A stretch of 33,521 nucleotides of DNA from a virus (lineage: Duplodnaviria > Caudoviricetes): IMG/VR virus record IMGVR_UViG_3300020042_009936, positions 1 through 33,521 of that record; one strand, 5' to 3'. Within the stretch, counting starts at the first letter, position 1, and every line of letters begins with the position of its first letter. Of the stretch, positions 15,690-24,775 are shown one piece after another. Under the pieces are notes generated by a model that worked only from the letters and a program-made list of their open reading frames with translations, was not told the origin of the DNA and did no database searches. Made by a program: the position numbers and the translations under genes.

Positions 15690-17580
15690 ATACTTTCAAT
15701 TGAATCTTATCTTTATTATTTTTTGTAAAATTTAAATGCCTACGAGTCTCTAAATAAGGAACGTAAGCGAACTCAAAATGTTTCTTTTCATCGCCGCGAC
15801 CTTCAAAAAATAATGGATCATCCATTTTATCGCAGTAACTTAATACTTTGTGAATATATTTATTTGAAGATACCAGATCAAAATATTGAGGCTTAGTAAA
15901 ATAATAGATATTATGATCAGGATATTCTTCTTTAATCGAAGGCAAAAGAGATGATGTTATAATTACATCTTCTTCGTTTTCTGGCATTACGAATGCAATT
16001 CTTTTGCCGTTATCTTCTTCTGATAGACTTGAAATCATTTTTTCCTTTGTGATTGAATTGTTTTCTACGGTAGCAACTTTCATAAAATAAGCCAACACAT
16101 CTGAACGCTTAAGGTCTGTATTTAATCTTTGAATCCAATGATCAACTCCAGCAGAATCTTTTTTTCCTAAAATATTTATATATAAACTCTCGATCCATTC
16201 TCTATTTGATAAAGAATCATCTGGAATAAAATTAATATTCTTTTCTTTTTCAGTGGAATCTATTTGAGAAAAATCAACGTATGGAAAAGAGTCGAATAAT
16301 TCTTCGAAGAATTTTCCAATAATTTCTATGCTGTAGTTTTCTAGTACAAAATTTCTAGCTTTCTTTCCTAGTAGCAACTTATCTTGTAACGACATTTCGT
16401 ATACTTTTTGCAATTGTTCTGCAATGCTTTTTGGCAATGTAGAAGCTTTGATAAATTGTGTTCCCGGTTCACGATATTCAGCCCACTCAAGAGGAAGACC
16501 TCCGCTTTCTTCAGAACAACAATCTTCGCCACAACTATAATTAGTAACAAGAGTAATTAATTCTGTAAGCTTTGCTTCTTGAATTGGAATTTCTTGTCCA
16601 CCAGATGTAAATGGATGACAATAAACATCCATTAAATTGTAAATTTGATTTAGTTGTTGTTCGTTTACGCCGTTTTTAATATTTGTCGTTTCGCAACTTT
16701 TAGCAGTTTTACAAAATGGACAATCGACATTAACTCCAACGAAATTATTGACATGATAATTATTACAATTTTTGCAAAAATAAGTTGTTAGAATATTTTT
16801 GCTATCAATATTTTTTTCTTTTATGAGGCGGGAAATATCCCACCCTTCTACCCAATGGGTATGTAGAAATAGTTTAGCTTTTGCTGATGGATTTTTATCA
16901 CAAAATAATTTAAATCCATCCAATAGATTAGGAACGCTTTTTCTTAATTGATTTCTAAATACGAAACCAATTATAAAATTATCTTCAATATTAAATAGTT
17001 TTCGCAGCTTCTTCGTTTGATCTAAAGGCAGTTTGTGAAAATCATCGACATCTAAACTTCCTCTTACTGTTTTGACATGTTTATGGCCTAGATCATGCAA
17101 AGCTTTTTCTGCAAAAGAGGCCCATACAAAATAATGTTTAATTTTAGACGCAGCGTCCACAGCGTCTGGTAAAATAGGAACACTATCAAGAGTTGTGTGG
17201 ATAATACAGTTGACCTTATTCCACCAAGGTTTATCATAATATCCATTGAATCCCCAGATATCTTCTATGCCTAGATAAATATCTGGTTTGAATTCATTGA
17301 TAGCTTTATCAATGGTTTCTGATCCATAAGCAAGCATTTGAGAACGCTTTGGATCTTTCTGTATTTCTCTAATAAGTTCTTGGTCGTCAGGAAGAGAACC
17401 AACACACTTCCAAGGAGTGAGTTTAGTAGAATCACTACTCCAAGTAAGAGAATTACTTAATTCAAACAATTCGTATTTTCCAGTCTTATATAAATAAGAC
17501 AACAAATTCTTTTTATGCTTACCGAAGCCGGTAAACATTTTGCAATGATTGCTATGGATCAGAACCTTTTTCTTTTGCAT
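15676..17580 (-). CDS. Glycosyltransferase (GT4-like) with Zn-ribbon insertion and GT9-like N-domain at C-terminus
   Basis: TGFG, RNQLRK, IYNLMDVYCHP..SGGQEIPIQEA; CxxC...CxxC insert; ED VIITSSLLPSIKEEYP. Confidence 0.8.
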   Translation of the reverse strand: MQKKKVLIHSNHCKMFTGFGKHKKNLLSYLYKTGKYELFELSNSLTWSSDSTKLTPWKCVGSLPDDQELIREIQKDPKRSQMLAYGSETIDKAINEFKPDIYLGIEDIWGFNGYYDKPWWNKVNCIIHTTLDSVPILPDAVDAASKIKHYFVWASFAEKALHDLGHKHVKTVRGSLDVDDFHKLPLDQTKKLRKLFNIEDNFIIGFVFRNQLRKSVPNLLDGFKLFCDKNPSAKAKLFLHTHWVEGWDISRLIKEKNIDSKNILTTYFCKNCNNYHVNNFVGVNVDCPFCKTAKSCETTNIKNGVNEQQLNQIYNLMDVYCHPFTSGGQEIPIQEAKLTELITLVTNYSCGEDCCSEESGGLPLEWAEYREPGTQFIKASTLPKSIAEQLQKVYEMSLQDKLLLGKKARNFVLENYSIEIIGKFFEELFDSFPYVDFSQIDSTEKEKNINFIPDDSLSNREWIESLYINILGKKDSAGVDHWIQRLNTDLKRSDVLAYFMKVATVENNSITKEKMISSLSEEDNGKRIAFVMPENEEDVIITSSLLPSIKEEYPDHNIYYFTKPQYFDLVSSNKYIHKVLSYCDKMDDPLFFEGRGDEKKHFEFAYVPYLETRRHLNFTKNNKDKIQLKVYEHS

Positions 17581-18164
17581 TAGAACTCCACTTCGTCTGT
17601 GGCGACTTCAACTTCTTGAGCCTTTGCCTTTTGTGCTACCGGAGCGGGGGTAGCATTCTGCCTTGTGGTCTTTGGAGCGGAATCCTTAATGAGCTTACGA
17701 CAGTCGTCCAGAATAGAATAATACTTGTTAATAAAAGAAATCAATCGAATACATTCTCCCGGTTCCAAAGGAATCTTAAAATTATCTGATCCATTCCTAG
17801 TGATAGACAAACCGAAAGCGGTATACTTTACAGCATTGTCTCCTTGACCCTTAACCTTTTCAAACGGAGAAAACTTGATTGAAGTCTTATTTGACTCACT
17901 ATTATGAAAAGTAAAATAAGCGGTCTTTTGCTGGATAGCATTAATAATTTCGCCTAGTTCAAATTCATTGAACTTCAGGGAAGCGTTCTTGGAAGGGTCG
18001 TTGCGACTTTCAGAAAAAGAGCCAGTCTTCTTTTGATCGTTCCAAGAGTGTTGAGCGATCATGTTTACATAAAACTGAGTCTCTTGACCTTCCTTTTGTG
18101 AAATTTGGAAGCTAATTGCACAGCCCGCATTCTTAGAGTTGGGCTTGTAAATCTGTAGATTCAT
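17580..18164 (-). CDS. Single-stranded DNA-binding protein, Whirly/PC4-like
   Basis: Two beta4-alpha repeats (IYK...LKFNEFELGEI; FTFH...IKFSP...FGLSI...IPLEPGE), low-complexity linker, acidic tail DEVEF. Confidence 0.62.
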   Translation of the reverse strand: MNLQIYKPNSKNAGCAISFQISQKEGQETQFYVNMIAQHSWNDQKKTGSFSESRNDPSKNASLKFNEFELGEIINAIQQKTAYFTFHNSESNKTSIKFSPFEKVKGQGDNAVKYTAFGLSITRNGSDNFKIPLEPGECIRLISFINKYYSILDDCRKLIKDSAPKTTRQNATPAPVAQKAKAQEVEVATDEVEF

Positions 18165-18202
18165 ATATCGCAAGATACTAACAATATCTTGCGATATTTC
18201 TA
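18165..18202 (-). promoter_or_regulatory. Promoter overlapped by perfect 13-bp inverted repeat abutting SSB start codon
   Basis: TAGAAA-N16-TAGTAT; ATATCGCAAGATA-N7-TATCTTGCGATAT at 18165-18197. Confidence 0.6.
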
Positions 18203-18207
18203 GTAAA

Positions 18208-18423
18208 TTAAGCTATATAATAGAAGATAGTTTTAGTTGTTGCAGATGTTATATCTGTGCTAATCATGAATGGAACAGGAAAGCTAATTGGAGCGGAAAT
18301 TGTAATGGCTTGACTCATAGCTGTGAACCCTGCTGTAGCAGCGACAACGTAGATATTTTTATCTACTGGGCAAGTAATTGATGTAGCTGTATTAACGGTG
18401 CAGAAAGCTGGTATTTGATTCAT
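18208..18423 (-). CDS. Small Thr/Ala/Ile-rich beta protein
   Basis: 71 aa ORF fills the gap; preceded by GTGTAAT motif. Confidence 0.6.
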   Translation of the reverse strand: MNQIPAFCTVNTATSITCPVDKNIYVVAATAGFTAMSQAITISAPISFPVPFMISTDITSATTKTIFYYIA

Positions 18424-18427
18424 ATAA

Positions 18428-20824
18428 TTATATTACACAAATATTGTTGTTTTGAATAGAAATTTCTATTTGTGAGACTTTTGAATCGCCGATTATTTTT
18501 TCAGCTATCAACGTATGAAGTTCTCGCTGAAGAGTTTTGTCTACTTGTCTGGCTCCAAAAGTATTTAGCTCAATTCTACTGTAAAGAAAATCAATGACAG
18601 CGTCGGTATATGATAGTTTTATTTTTCTATTAATTAATTCGCTCGTTAATTTATCTAATTGTTTTTTAATAATGTTTTTTAAATGATTGTCATTTAAATT
18701 ATTAAATAATATTATTTCATCTATCCTGTTTAATAAATCGGCTGGAAAATAGTTTTTTAACGCAGAAACAACATCGTGCTTGATATTGTTGCTTTTAGAA
18801 TTAAAACCGATTGTATGATTATTAATTGCTTGCGCTCCAATATTAGTCGTCATTATAATAATGCAATTAGAGAAATCCACTACACTTCCAAAAGTATCAG
18901 TGATTTTCCCTTCTTCTAAAATTTGAAGCAAAGAGAATAAAACGTCTGGATCAGCTTTTTGAATTTCGTCAAACAAGATTAAACTATGGGTGTTCTTTTT
19001 CACTTTCTCTGTTAAAATGCCACCCTTATCATATCCTACATAGCCGGGACTAGATCCAATTAATTTATTAATAGATGTCTTATCCGTATATTCCGACATG
19101 TCTATATATATAAAGCTATTCTTATTTGAGTAAAGATTTTCAGCCACCAATTTACTGCAAAAAGTTTTTCCTACTCCTGTTGGGCCAGCAAACAACATCG
19201 AAGCTAAAGGTTTCTTTTGATCACGGAATCCAGCTTTAGAACGAATTAAGCATTTATATATTTGATCTATCTGCGAAGATTGACCAATTAATTCATTTTC
19301 TAAAATTAATTTAGTTTTCTTTAGCTTTTCGAAGTCTTCTTTAGTTAAATCTTCTACGGGTATATTAGTTTTATTAGAAATAACAGATAGAATATCTTTT
19401 TCAGAGACTTCGTATCTCTTGTTTTTCCATTTTTCAACCATTCTTACTGTAGCTTTTTCAAATTTAGATAACAAATCAGTAAGAAGTTTCTGCTTTCGAG
19501 TGTCAGAAATACTTAAATTACTATTTATTTTTTTCATTTGAGATTCAATTTTTTGCATATCAGGAGTTTTCTTAAACATTCCTAATTTAATTTTAGAACC
19601 TGTTTGATCAAGGAGGTCCAGCACTTTATCTGGAAAACGTCCAGATAAATACTTGTCCGCCATATCAATAGAATATTTTACAATTTCATCAGAAAAAGAA
19701 ACAAGGTGAAAGTTTTCATAAGAATGTTTTGTAGATTTGATAAGGTCGAAGGTTTCTTCTTTATTTGGCTCTTCTATCTTAATCATTTGAAATCTGCGTG
19801 ACAATGCAGGATCATCGGCAATAGTTTTTCTATACTCGTCGAAAGTCGTTGCACCAATGCAACTAATGTCTCCTCTGGCTAAATATGGCTTCAGGATGTT
19901 GGCGACATCCATTCCGTTCTCTGGATTACCGGCTCCTATGATAGTATGAATTTCATCGATAAAAAGAATAATATTATTGTCGTTACAAACTTCTTTTAAA
20001 ATATTTTTGATTTTTTCTTCAAACTCTCCTCTGTATTTACAGCCGCCAATAATCATTGGCATATCTAAAGAATAAATTCTTTTCATTAAAAGGAAGTCAG
20101 AACATTCTCCTTTAACGATAACCTGAGCTAAAGATTCGATTAAAGCGGTTTTTCCTACACCAGCTTCACCGACAACAAGAGGGTTGTTCTTGTTTTTACG
20201 GCATAAAATCTCTGATATTTTTTGGATTAAATTGCTGTTTACATGCAGATTATTAATTTTTCCATTAATCACCATTTCATTTAAGCAAATAGAATATTGT
20301 TGAAGATTCTTATAGACTGAAATCCTTGGATTAGGCATTTCAGATATATTTGGAGCGTCTTCTATTTTCATAAGATCGTCTTCCAATAAAGACTCTTCAA
20401 TATCAGCGCATATTTTATTAAATGGAATGTCGATAGAGTCTATGAACTTTTTAAAAAGTTCATCTTGACTTTCAAACAGACAAATAAATATATGTTCTAT
20501 ACCTACAAATTTATGATCGAACTTGTTAGATAGAGATTTCGCGCCATTTAAAAGATTTTTAGCTTCTTCGTTTAATAATGGTTTTCCAATCTTTTTCGTT
20601 GTTATCTTGTAATTAGCTTCGATGAAAGAATTAATTTGTTTTTGAAAAGACTCTTTATCAACTCGATATTTTAAAAAGTTTTGCTCTATTTGGTCTTGAT
20701 TGATTTTAGTAAAAGCAAGTAAGAAATGTAGACAATTAATAAAACCGCTATTTCTAGCTTCAGCTAAACCACAAGCTACTTTAATTAGTTTTTGCGCTCT
20801 TGGTGTAAAGTTAAAGTTTTTCAT
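18428..20824 (-). CDS. clpC: ClpA/ClpC-like AAA+ ATPase
   Basis: Clp-N repeats, GEAGVGKT and GPTGVGKT Walker A motifs, IDEIH, RFPDK, PGYVGY, IGF loop; ATG at 20824 overlaps DnaE stop. Confidence 0.92.
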   Translation of the reverse strand: MKNFNFTPRAQKLIKVACGLAEARNSGFINCLHFLLAFTKINQDQIEQNFLKYRVDKESFQKQINSFIEANYKITTKKIGKPLLNEEAKNLLNGAKSLSNKFDHKFVGIEHIFICLFESQDELFKKFIDSIDIPFNKICADIEESLLEDDLMKIEDAPNISEMPNPRISVYKNLQQYSICLNEMVINGKINNLHVNSNLIQKISEILCRKNKNNPLVVGEAGVGKTALIESLAQVIVKGECSDFLLMKRIYSLDMPMIIGGCKYRGEFEEKIKNILKEVCNDNNIILFIDEIHTIIGAGNPENGMDVANILKPYLARGDISCIGATTFDEYRKTIADDPALSRRFQMIKIEEPNKEETFDLIKSTKHSYENFHLVSFSDEIVKYSIDMADKYLSGRFPDKVLDLLDQTGSKIKLGMFKKTPDMQKIESQMKKINSNLSISDTRKQKLLTDLLSKFEKATVRMVEKWKNKRYEVSEKDILSVISNKTNIPVEDLTKEDFEKLKKTKLILENELIGQSSQIDQIYKCLIRSKAGFRDQKKPLASMLFAGPTGVGKTFCSKLVAENLYSNKNSFIYIDMSEYTDKTSINKLIGSSPGYVGYDKGGILTEKVKKNTHSLILFDEIQKADPDVLFSLLQILEEGKITDTFGSVVDFSNCIIIMTTNIGAQAINNHTIGFNSKSNNIKHDVVSALKNYFPADLLNRIDEIILFNNLNDNHLKNIIKKQLDKLTSELINRKIKLSYTDAVIDFLYSRIELNTFGARQVDKTLQRELHTLIAEKIIGDSKVSQIEISIQNNNICVI

Positions 20825-23379
20825 TCGATGTCTGATAGCTTCATACAAATATGATTATCCATAATGCCAATCTTGTCAACCCATAAAACATCGTCGCCCT
20901 TCTTTCCTACGAATATAACAATATTCTCTTTATCTGGAATCTTTAATCCAGATTCAAGGTATTCGCTCAATCTTGCGTTCTTGCCACCATCTAAGAACAT
21001 ACAACTAATGCTGCCGACTTCATCTTTTAATTGAAAACGATAAAAGGTAGCATTGGTTTTCTTAGTCTTGCCTTTATAAACATCATCGATAACGCCAACA
21101 ACCTTTACTGTTTCACCTTTAAATACAGAATAAAATTCCAAAGTATCTGTAAATCCGCTTTCGTTTTGATCTAAAATATCCTTTAATCTTGTAGAAGGAG
21201 TGTATCCTAATAGTTTATATTCAAAGACCCAGTTAGCGAATTTTTCATGGTTCTTATTCTGATCGTAAATCTTTTTATATTCTTGATACTTCTTTTTAAA
21301 AGTTTCTTTTCTCTTGTCGCCCATGAAAGGCTTTCCTTTTTCATCAAGCATGTTTGTTTTTATAGCGCACTCGCTCATGATGGTGAGAACATCGTAATCG
21401 TATTTGGGAGCTATATTATATACAAATCTTTTTTCTTTGTCAGTGAGAAGATTGAAAGCCTGAGCTTCAAGAACTAAGCGTGATCTCTTGTTAGTATATG
21501 AACTTAAAGTTCCAGCTTGTATAAGCGAAGAGAGCAATCCGATATTGATGCTCGCTTGTTTGGCGGCAATAAATATGTCAAACTTGTTTGGAGTAGTGCT
21601 TTCTCTAAAGCTCTTTAAAGCTTCTAGCGATTTTTCAGAAACACCCTTGATAGAATTTAAACCAAAGCGAATATCTTTGCCTTCAATTGAGAAGTCGAAA
21701 TCTGACTTCGCTAGATCTGGCGACAGAAGCTCGATATCAAATTGAATGAGTTCTTTTGAGATCTTATTTATTTCTAAATGAGAATCTGGTTCGTATTTAG
21801 ATAGCTTAAGCAAAGCCAAGAAAAACTCTTGAGGATGGTTGAATTTTAAATAAGCTGTCCAAGCTGCAAGAATAGAATAAGATATAGAATGCGATTTGTT
21901 AAATGAATAGTTTGCGGAATCTTCTGCTACTTTCCATAAAACGTCGCCAATTGCAGGATCAAGATTTTGTTCTGTAACTTTCTGACGGATCTTTCCTTGC
22001 CAAGCTGGCATTTCACTAACTTTCTTTTTGCCAACGATGCGGCGCAACTGTTCTGATTCGTCCAAAGTGAATCCTAAACGAACAGCCATTTTCATCAACT
22101 GCTCCTGATACAAAGGAATTCCTCCTGTATAAGATAACTCTTCTTTAAAAAAGTCATGAATGACTTTGAAGTCGCCAGTATACGCATAAGAAGCATAATC
22201 ATCAGCGAAATCCAAAGCTCCCGGTCTTGCAATCGCGATTACAGCACTTAGCTGTTCAAGGTTCTTGGGTTTAACTTTCCTGCATACTTTAAAGTTGGTT
22301 TCAGCCTCAATCTGGAATAGTCCTTGAGGAGTGCGAAGATCAGCAAAATTTAAGTATAAATTAGGATCATCAAGATCAATCTTAGTGATATCTAAATTAA
22401 TGCGCTTGCACACTTCGCTAACTACAGTAAGAGTGCGTAAACCAAGAACGTCGAACTTAACCATCAGTTCGGCGACATAATTCATGTCATATCCACTAAC
22501 AAGATTGCCTTCTGAAGTTTTTTGTACCGGACATACTTCTTCAATATCATAATAAGAAATAGCAATACCAGATGGATGAACTCCAGTGTTTTTATTAATA
22601 CCTTGTAGTTTACAAGCTATTTCATATACGTGTTTATTAATATCAACCCATGCCCTAAAACGATCTTCAGCTTTATAAGCCTCTTCTAAATCAAAGACTC
22701 GACCAAACTGTTTAGGAATAAAATCGCTAACTTCATTCACTTCTGTTTCAGAAAACGAACCTACGATTTTACCGCACTCTTTAATACAAAGTTTACTAGA
22801 AAGAGTATTCAAAGTTAAAATCTTTGAAGTCTTGCCAACGTGTTTGTTTTCAATATACTTAATTACTTCTGCGCGTCTATCGTAACTAATGTCGTTATCA
22901 ACGTCTGGTAAAAGAGATCCATCAAGATAAGTGATGCCATCTTTAATAATCTTTTTTGCGCGTGATCGACTGACGAATCGCTCAAAGAATAGTCCGTACT
23001 TGATAGGGTCTACTTTCGTAACGCCCACAACAAATAGCACCAAAGAACCAGCAGCACTACCTCTACCGGGGCCAGTTGGAATAGAATTTTCATGACAAAA
23101 ATTAAGAATATCCCAATTGAGAAGCACATAATCTACGAAATCTAGTTCTTTAAAAATATCTAATTCCATCTCCAATCGATTCGTATAATCGGAAGATTTA
23201 TTAATCAAGCTGGCATAGCATAATGATTTAAGGAAAGTAAAATTATCTGATTCAACAGGAATCCCTAACTTTTTATAATACTTTTCTTCAATATTAATTT
23301 GCGGCAATCGCACGCCGGGAAGCATTGCGTCGGTATAACTTATAAAATCGTTATAAAAGTTTAAATCTCCACTTGCCAT
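20821..23379 (-). CDS. dnaE: DNA polymerase III alpha subunit core lacking PHP domain
   Basis: GPGRGSAAGSLV, LFFERF, PDVDND, KFDVLGL, YSFNKSH, C-terminal OB fold. Confidence 0.95.
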   Translation of the reverse strand: MASGDLNFYNDFISYTDAMLPGVRLPQINIEEKYYKKLGIPVESDNFTFLKSLCYASLINKSSDYTNRLEMELDIFKELDFVDYVLLNWDILNFCHENSIPTGPGRGSAAGSLVLFVVGVTKVDPIKYGLFFERFVSRSRAKKIIKDGITYLDGSLLPDVDNDISYDRRAEVIKYIENKHVGKTSKILTLNTLSSKLCIKECGKIVGSFSETEVNEVSDFIPKQFGRVFDLEEAYKAEDRFRAWVDINKHVYEIACKLQGINKNTGVHPSGIAISYYDIEEVCPVQKTSEGNLVSGYDMNYVAELMVKFDVLGLRTLTVVSEVCKRINLDITKIDLDDPNLYLNFADLRTPQGLFQIEAETNFKVCRKVKPKNLEQLSAVIAIARPGALDFADDYASYAYTGDFKVIHDFFKEELSYTGGIPLYQEQLMKMAVRLGFTLDESEQLRRIVGKKKVSEMPAWQGKIRQKVTEQNLDPAIGDVLWKVAEDSANYSFNKSHSISYSILAAWTAYLKFNHPQEFFLALLKLSKYEPDSHLEINKISKELIQFDIELLSPDLAKSDFDFSIEGKDIRFGLNSIKGVSEKSLEALKSFRESTTPNKFDIFIAAKQASINIGLLSSLIQAGTLSSYTNKRSRLVLEAQAFNLLTDKEKRFVYNIAPKYDYDVLTIMSECAIKTNMLDEKGKPFMGDKRKETFKKKYQEYKKIYDQNKNHEKFANWVFEYKLLGYTPSTRLKDILDQNESGFTDTLEFYSVFKGETVKVVGVIDDVYKGKTKKTNATFYRFQLKDEVGSISCMFLDGGKNARLSEYLESGLKIPDKENIVIFVGKKGDDVLWVDKIGIMDNHICMKLSDIE

Positions 23380-23990
23380 AGCTGTTTGATAAAAATTTTG
23401 AAATTCATCTGAACGTCGTACATTGAATTATGTAACATATTCTCATCGAAGTCAATCTTGTAATCCTTTAATTGAGCTTTGATGCTGGTTTTTAATCCTT
23501 TTTCGCGAAAATCGTTTAACTTATATTGCCAATAAATCAGATCTTCTTTGTTTTGTATTTTGAAATTCTTTTTAATTGCCTTAGCTATACAGTTGGTATC
23601 TAAGATTCTATCTGTAAAAGAAAAATCGCTTTTGCGTCCAAGAAGTTTTCTGTATATGTTGTGAATGTATACATCAAATCCAAGCAAATTCTGACCAACT
23701 ATTAAATAGCTAGGATCATACAAATATTTTTCAAATTCATCAAGAATAGGTTCTGGATCTTTTGCTAAATAATTATATCTATCATAACTAAAATGAGTTA
23801 TAGTAATGGCATCCTGAGACATGTTGAGTGGATTCCATTTTATATGATTATCTGATTGGTGGACAATGTTAGTGCCTTCAGATATGAGGTAACTAAGTTG
23901 CCAAGGTTTATTTTCTAAATCTAAAAGATTTAGATGGCAAGTTTCAAAATCGAAACAAATATATTTCTGTTCTTTATTAAAGCGTAGCAT
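23361..23990 (-). CDS. DEDDh 3'-5' exonuclease (Pol III epsilon-like)
   Basis: DFET, GQN..GFD, H-SMYD motifs; start at ATG 23990. Confidence 0.88.
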   Translation of the reverse strand: MLRFNKEQKYICFDFETCHLNLLDLENKPWQLSYLISEGTNIVHQSDNHIKWNPLNMSQDAITITHFSYDRYNYLAKDPEPILDEFEKYLYDPSYLIVGQNLLGFDVYIHNIYRKLLGRKSDFSFTDRILDTNCIAKAIKKNFKIQNKEDLIYWQYKLNDFREKGLKTSIKAQLKDYKIDFDENMLHNSMYDVQMNFKIFIKQLWQVEI

Positions 23991-24738
23991 TTTGATTTTC
24001 TTTCCATGATTCAAAACAGAATTCATCACTACAAAAATGACTTAATTCTGGCTTTTGCATATTGCGTTCCTTGCCTATAGATCGATTGCAGATGATTTTA
24101 TAAGTTTGAAAAGCTTTTGCATCTTTTCTTTGATTGTAATAAATAGTTTTTGTTAGTACAGTGGTTAATTGATTATTTGATGCAAACTCTTTCACTTTTG
24201 ATTCCAATAAGTAATCAAATGCAAGATTATTCCTTTCGATAAACATGGTTGGTTTAGTGAAAGAAAAATCTGGAACGCAATTAGCAAATAAGAAATTATT
24301 TACATGAACGAAAGAATCATAAAATGGAACGCAAAGCTTTAAGTCGTTCTCTTGCCAAAGATCTTTTAAAGATTGAGAATCTAGAAATCCTGTGAAATCG
24401 CAAAAAGCTTTTGAATAAATACGGTTTAACAGTTTGCATCCATTAGCATTTTTAGCAAAAATAACTACCTTGTGTTGAGAGTTCGCATCATCTTCCAAAG
24501 ATGAATTTCTTAATGATAGGCGTAATCCAAAAATCAAATCAACGCCAACCTCTTTCGATCTTTTATAAGCTTCGAAGAAACCGATTAACGAATCTTCTAT
24601 CAACACCATTCGCTCCAAAGAATTATCTTTGAGTATTTTAAAAATACTATCAGAGCCGTTTTCTGTGACTTTTTTAGGATCATCTAATGTGAGTATAGAT
24701 TTTCCTATACTATAGTGCGATTTAAATAACGGCAACAT
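23977..24738 (-). CDS. Stand-alone PHP domain of Pol III alpha (degenerate metal ligands)
   Basis: FKSHYS, IED-L-GF, IFGLR, FAKN-NG-K-L-RIYS match DnaE PHP layout; start at ATG 24738. Confidence 0.82.
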   Translation of the reverse strand: MLPLFKSHYSIGKSILTLDDPKKVTENGSDSIFKILKDNSLERMVLIEDSLIGFFEAYKRSKEVGVDLIFGLRLSLRNSSLEDDANSQHKVVIFAKNANGCKLLNRIYSKAFCDFTGFLDSQSLKDLWQENDLKLCVPFYDSFVHVNNFLFANCVPDFSFTKPTMFIERNNLAFDYLLESKVKEFASNNQLTTVLTKTIYYNQRKDAKAFQTYKIICNRSIGKERNMQKPELSHFCSDEFCFESWKENQNATL

Positions 24739-24746
24739 ATACCATG

Positions 24747-24775
24747 AAGGTACAGCAGTTTTCAAAAACTGTCAA
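24747..24775 (-). promoter_or_regulatory. sigma70-type promoter, near-leaderless
   Basis: TTGACA-N17-TACCTT-N8-ATG. Confidence 0.7.
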
